Assembly: GCA_029856045.1 (NCBI GenBank)
Contig: JAHQWG010000028.1
Location: forward strand, 1 to 64,000
Direction of reading: 5' to 3'
From: Promethearchaeia archaeon
GTDB lineage: Archaea > Asgardarchaeota > Lokiarchaeia > Sigyniarchaeales > SOKP01
DNA: 64,000 bases
Part shown: positions 59,490 to 64,000 of the stretch, one piece after another
Position numbering within the stretch: position 1 is the first letter of the stretch
How the letters are laid out: each line of letters begins with the position of its first letter
Position numbers and translations under genes: made by a program
The notes under the pieces: generated by a model
The model's database searches: none
Told to the model about the DNA's origin: nothing
The model's input: only the letters and a program-made list of their open reading frames with translations

Positions 59490-61259
59490 ATGTACCATAT
59501 AGACGGATCAGACTATTTGAAAGAAAAATGGTATTCTAGAACTATAAGTGTATGTCCAGAATGCATGAAAAGAATCCCCGCAGAACATATTGAAGAGGAT
59601 GGCAAAATTTGGATGCATAAAACATGCCCGGAACATGGCGATTTCAAGGACCTAATTTCATCCTCTGCAAAATATTACAAATGGACGCACTATAAGACAG
59701 ATAAATGGAGCTTTCTTAAAAATGGAGAAGCAAATCCGCCAGATTGTGAAGCAACAGATCCAAGAGGTTGCCCATGGAATTGTGGACTTTGCCCAGAGCA
59801 TTTGTCCACATGTTCGCTGGCATTGATAGATTTAACCAACAGATGTAATTTTAATTGTAATTTTTGCTATGCGAACGTTAGCAAGGCGGGATATCTTGTT
59901 GAGCCATCCCTTGAAGAGATTGATAGGATTATGGCACATTTCCGAGGAAAACCAATTCCTGCCAATGCGATAATGTTTACAGGGGGCGAGCCCACAGTTA
60001 GGAAAGATTTCCCAGAAATTTGTGCTATGGCAAAAAAGCACGGCTTCAAGGAGGTAATAGTTGCAACAAATGGATACGGATTTCAGAAAAAAAATGGTGG
60101 TCTCGAGTTTACCAAGGAATGTTATGAAAAAGGACTCGATACATTATATTTTCAATTTGATGGAATAAATAATGAGACATATGAGAAAACACGTGGCATT
60201 AAAAATTTAATGCCATATAAAGAAAGAGTTATGGAAAATTGCAGAAAAGCGGAGCTAACATCGATTGTTTTAGTTGCTACGATTGCCAGAGGTGTCACAG
60301 ATGTAGAGGTTGGGAATATTATTCAATACGCTATAGATAACATTGATATAGTTCGGGGAATAACATTTCAACCTGTATCTTTGTGCGGGAGAATTTCTTT
60401 TGAGGAAATGACAGATTTAAGGATTACAAATGCTGATGTAATTCAAGAGATTGACAAACAGACGGGTGGAACTGTAAGTATTGAGAATGCATGGTATCCA
60501 TTATCAACAATAGTTGAATTGGGAAGGATAATGTCATTTTTAGCAGGTGTAGAGCCTATTGAATTCACATGTCATCCAGATTGCGGTTTTTCCACATATT
60601 TAGTAGTAGATCCGGAAACAAATACAATGGTTCCAATAATGGATTACTTTGACCCGCTTAAAATCATTGATTTTGCTAATCAATTCTGGGAAAAAATCAA
60701 AAATAAAGAAAAAGAGCCCATAAAGATATTCACGGATTTATTAGGTAATTTTGGTGATGCAGGCAAATCTTTCGGAGAAACATTGGATAAAGGTGCAAAT
60801 TGGTTAGATATGCAACAATTAAGAACTAGATTTTTAATTGGAATGTTACAATATACTAAAAAACCAGGAAAATTAATGGATATGTTTACCAGAGTATTAC
60901 TTAATGCAAGATGGGATAGTATAAGCTCATTCTCACATGGTACACTGCTTATATCAAGTATGCATTTCCAAGATGTTTATAATTTCGATGTAGAAAGAGC
61001 TAAAAGGTGTATTGTTCATTTTGGTATTGCAATGCCTGATGGCACAGTAAAGGAGTGTTCTTTCTGCACAATGAATACATTTCATAGACCTCAAATAGAG
61101 AAAGCTATTGCGAAAAAATTAACAGAAAAAGTAAGAAATGAATTCGATACAACAACGGGAAAGGTTAAGGGAGAAATAATCTCAAAAGAAGAAATAATTA
61201 GTGAAATCCAGCCCAATGGTGGAATACCAAAAAGAGAAGACAGGGAGGATGAAATTTAA
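59490..61259 (+). CDS. tes: tetraether lipid synthase Tes / GDGT-MAS radical SAM enzyme
   Basis: N-terminal CPEC..CPEHG, CPWNCGLCPEH, CNFNCNFC, FTGGEPT, YFQFDG, FQPVS..GR, CHPDCG, MHFQD.YNFD.ER..RC, FC. Confidence 0.85.
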   Translation: MYHIDGSDYLKEKWYSRTISVCPECMKRIPAEHIEEDGKIWMHKTCPEHGDFKDLISSSAKYYKWTHYKTDKWSFLKNGEANPPDCEATDPRGCPWNCGLCPEHLSTCSLALIDLTNRCNFNCNFCYANVSKAGYLVEPSLEEIDRIMAHFRGKPIPANAIMFTGGEPTVRKDFPEICAMAKKHGFKEVIVATNGYGFQKKNGGLEFTKECYEKGLDTLYFQFDGINNETYEKTRGIKNLMPYKERVMENCRKAELTSIVLVATIARGVTDVEVGNIIQYAIDNIDIVRGITFQPVSLCGRISFEEMTDLRITNADVIQEIDKQTGGTVSIENAWYPLSTIVELGRIMSFLAGVEPIEFTCHPDCGFSTYLVVDPETNTMVPIMDYFDPLKIIDFANQFWEKIKNKEKEPIKIFTDLLGNFGDAGKSFGETLDKGANWLDMQQLRTRFLIGMLQYTKKPGKLMDMFTRVLLNARWDSISSFSHGTLLISSMHFQDVYNFDVERAKRCIVHFGIAMPDGTVKECSFCTMNTFHRPQIEKAIAKKLTEKVRNEFDTTTGKVKGEIISKEEIISEIQPNGGIPKREDREDEI

Positions 61260-61262
61260 ATT

Positions 61263-61535
61263 ATGTCAGAAAAATCATCTGATACCCAACAAAAATTTAG
61301 AACATTAACTGAGCTTAAACCGAGTACAGCTAAAGAATATCAAGATGCAATAATCAAAAGAGTAGATTATTTTGCCAAAACTGGGACTTCGACATTTAAC
61401 AATACTATTGAAAACACAATAGTTAAGGGAGCAAATCTTTTTTTAAATGCTAAGGATAAGATTGATGCAATGTTAGGAGACGAAGTTATGGATAAAGTAC
61501 ATAATGCAATTGAGAAAATTCTTTTGTTGTTTTAA
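61263..61535 (+). CDS. hypothetical protein
   Basis: 90-aa ORF 3 bp after the tes stop. Confidence 0.6.
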   Translation: MSEKSSDTQQKFRTLTELKPSTAKEYQDAIIKRVDYFAKTGTSTFNNTIENTIVKGANLFLNAKDKIDAMLGDEVMDKVHNAIEKILLLF

Positions 61536-61582
61536 ACTCTTTTATTTTTTTTTTACCCAAAATTATTATATGTGAAAAGGAT

Positions 61583-62668
61583 GTGGCGTACTATATTGCG
61601 ACCTTACCTGTAACAATTATTTTTATCATAAATGGGTTTGGACAATTTTTTTATGCCTTAAAATTAAATAAACAATTTCCAGAGGAACATAATTTTAAGA
61701 ATTTTTATTTTATTTTTCTACTATGGATAACTGCAGCGTTATGTTATCCCTTCTTTTATTCAACGGACAATGTTAATATTAGATGGTTTCAGGAATTATC
61801 AAATTTTTTCATTTGTATTTTCACGCCGTCCATAATATTTTTGATACTTCTATATCAATATGCAGTTGTTGTAAAAAAAAATCCAAAAATAAAAGAAAAG
61901 AGAAATATTGAAAGCTTTATTGAAGAATTCGATAATATGCTCGAAAATATCGATGATATAGAATCATATGACCTCAATACAGACATACACAGAAAAACGC
62001 TTCATCTTTTTCCAGCAGGAGTTATTGTTTTATTATGGGTATTTGCTATTTATGTATGGGAAGGTATATGGCATGCAGATCTGATATGGGGGATAAGCGG
62101 GAGGGATTTTGGTGTTTTCTTAATACTAACAGTAGGATATTCAGGTATTCTAGTATTTACCGCTTTAGATTATATTCGATTATCATTTATTTTTAAGAAT
62201 TTAAATATTTATCATCTATTACCGAATAATGTTCTTAACCTTCTAAGTAAGACAATGAAAAGAAATGAATTATTTGTGTTTATTAGACCAGCATCATTGG
62301 TTTTAGCGTTTATACCTGGGTTTTTTTTACCATTTAGTATATTCATTTCGATTGCGTTAATAGCAACTTTAGCTGATGGAGCTGCTTCTATTTTCGGAAA
62401 ACGATTTGGAAGTAGAAATTTCCCTAAACATAGTAAAAAAACAATAATTGGTTATATTAGTGGATTTACTGTCGCTTTCTTAATCGGGATTGTTTGTTTT
62501 TTAATTTTTGAAGAAAATTTAAATTTTTCAGAAATAATTATTATATCATTAGCAGGAGCAATTGTCTTTTTTTTGATTGATATATTAAATCTAGATCTTG
62601 ATGATAACATATTAAATCCATTATTTTGTGCTTTGGTTATGGGAATTTTTTATATATTATTCATATAA
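61583..62668 (+). CDS. CTP-dependent polyprenol/diacylglycerol kinase family membrane protein (dolichol/phytol kinase-like)
   Basis: Multi-TM; RKTLHL, MKRNE, LADGAASIFGKRFG, KKTIIG, DDNILNP. Confidence 0.8.
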   Translation: MAYYIATLPVTIIFIINGFGQFFYALKLNKQFPEEHNFKNFYFIFLLWITAALCYPFFYSTDNVNIRWFQELSNFFICIFTPSIIFLILLYQYAVVVKKNPKIKEKRNIESFIEEFDNMLENIDDIESYDLNTDIHRKTLHLFPAGVIVLLWVFAIYVWEGIWHADLIWGISGRDFGVFLILTVGYSGILVFTALDYIRLSFIFKNLNIYHLLPNNVLNLLSKTMKRNELFVFIRPASLVLAFIPGFFLPFSIFISIALIATLADGAASIFGKRFGSRNFPKHSKKTIIGYISGFTVAFLIGIVCFLIFEENLNFSEIIIISLAGAIVFFLIDILNLDLDDNILNPLFCALVMGIFYILFI

Positions 62669-62772
62669 GGGTCTTCATTTTAAAATTGGATTTTATAATA
62701 GGAATAAAATCTTTAAATCATCATAATTTATAAAAAATTAAAGAGAATCAGTTATTTATTAAAAACTTTAAT

Positions 62773-62843
62773 GCGCTCGTGGTATAGTGGTAGAACTCAG
62801 GCTTCCCAAGCCTGGGACCCGGGTTCGATTCCCGGCGGGCGCA
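62773..62843 (+). tRNA. tRNA-Gly (CCC)
   Basis: Acceptor GCGCTCG/CGGGCGC-A, D arm GGTATAGTGGTAGAAC, anticodon arm CAGGC-TTCCCAA-GCCTG, T arm CCGGG-TTCGATT-CCCGG; CCA not encoded. Confidence 0.96.
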
Positions 62844-63028
62844 TTTTTTTAAAATTAATTAGAAATATAGGAACCAATGAAAGACTTAAAAGGAAAAAAA
62901 CTGAATGCATTTTCAAGATTTCTTCTCAGAAATTTCGATCAAAAAACACGCACTGAGAAAAAATTTCATGAATGATGTGAGAAGGAGGTATTAAATGCTA
63001 AAAATTCAAATCAATCAATCTTATTTAT

Positions 63029-63493
63029 TTAATCTACATCTACAGTAGCTTTACATTTATTACAACGTTTTGCACCCCTAAATAGTGGGTTCCCACATTC
63101 GGGGCAATGGTATCTTTTTTCTACCTCCTCAACCCATTTTTCGGTACCGAGTTTCCTCCATGCTGGGATATCTTGAAGTATAACTTTTTTACCAACAGGA
63201 ATAGGGAATCTCTCTATCATCTCACATGGAAATTCTTCACACTGATAGCACCCTTCAATCTCTTTCTCCTTTGCACAACTTTTGATGGGGCATGTTTGAC
63301 AGAATTTAAACACAATACCGTCTGAAAGGCACCCTGTACATTGAAGATCTTCCACTTTTTTTGCAAATGGGCCATATGCTTTTAAAAGTACTTGTTTGAA
63401 CTTTTGATTATTGTCTTTATGAGCAATATAAATGGAACATACACCACAATATAAACCACAAGGAGCTAAAAGCTCTTTCTTTATTTTTGACAT
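63029..63493 (-). CDS. DUF3795 family Cys-rich protein with C-terminal zinc ribbon
   Basis: APCGLYCGVC, CTGC, C..C.IK.C, CYQCEEFPC, CPECG..C..C. Confidence 0.85.
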   Translation of the reverse strand: MSKIKKELLAPCGLYCGVCSIYIAHKDNNQKFKQVLLKAYGPFAKKVEDLQCTGCLSDGIVFKFCQTCPIKSCAKEKEIEGCYQCEEFPCEMIERFPIPVGKKVILQDIPAWRKLGTEKWVEEVEKRYHCPECGNPLFRGAKRCNKCKATVDVD

Positions 63494-64000
63494 CTTAAAT
63501 GCCTCAATATTGAAATAAAATAAATAGTGATTATAATAAAAGGAGATTTTATTTAAACTTGTTCTTTACGAAGAAATTCCTTTTTTAAACCTTATATCTG
63601 AAATAGTTTTCCCATTCTCCTTTCCTAAATCCTATATCTGAAAGATTTAGTCAATTTATCTGTTCTAAGCCCTTGCTATTTAAGAAAATCCTTGATAATA
63701 TTTTTTTTCTCATTGGAATAGAAAATCTTTTAATCTTATCAAAAGACGATCCACCACATTGACACCAGCCCTCAATACCTTATTTTTCAACGTAATCTAT
63801 AATTGAACCCTTTTCGCTTATTTTAAATAAATTCATAACCTATTTGAATAATTGGCAATATTTAATTTTTTGATAATTCCTTACGAATTTGAACTTAAAG
63901 TGTAAGAAAAATTAAAGTAAAGATTTATTAATAGAGATTGTAAAAATTAATACAAAATCTAACGATAAAAAATTAGAAGTGAATTTTAGTATGAATCGTG

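Noticed and set aside
62771-62956. 61-aa ORF in the ORF track
   Set aside because: Overlaps the tRNA-Gly gene; spurious
63540-63840. Possible decayed gene or integrated-element remnant downstream of tRNA-Gly
   Set aside because: Minus-strand frames are interrupted by stops, with no recognisable family, att duplication or integrase in the window

Overview
AT-rich archaeal chromosome segment, most likely Asgard (Lokiarchaeia/Promethearchaeia). This is inferred from eukaryotic-signature genes: ESCRT-III, Vps4, two ESCRT-II EAP30 paralogs, Vps25, and longin-like and ITPK1-like proteins, together with proteasome beta, tetraether synthase and tRNA-Gly(CCC). The main finding is a co-oriented cluster at about 34.7-41.9 kb that looks like a prokaryotic UFMylation system. 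It encodes a UBA5-like E1, a JAB/MPN metalloprotease, and a single ORF fusing a UFM1-like modifier (ending ..DRNIVG) to a UFC1-like E2. These are flanked by a tail-anchored double Zn-ribbon protein, a stand-alone Cdc48-N/UFD1-like protein, a second ESCRT-II (Vps22/36) paralog and an SPFH protein. Two membrane proteins with a DDRGK1/PCI-like winged-helix tail are transcribed divergently from the cluster. The second highlight is a complete his operon (hisC-B-H-F-A/I/E-G-D) lying between two diverged copies of the 5' half of a DUF362 gene. It is preceded by an unannotated His-rich leader ORF with alternative hairpins, resembling bacterial attenuation. All family calls come from motif recognition and recalled reference sequences; no database searches were run.
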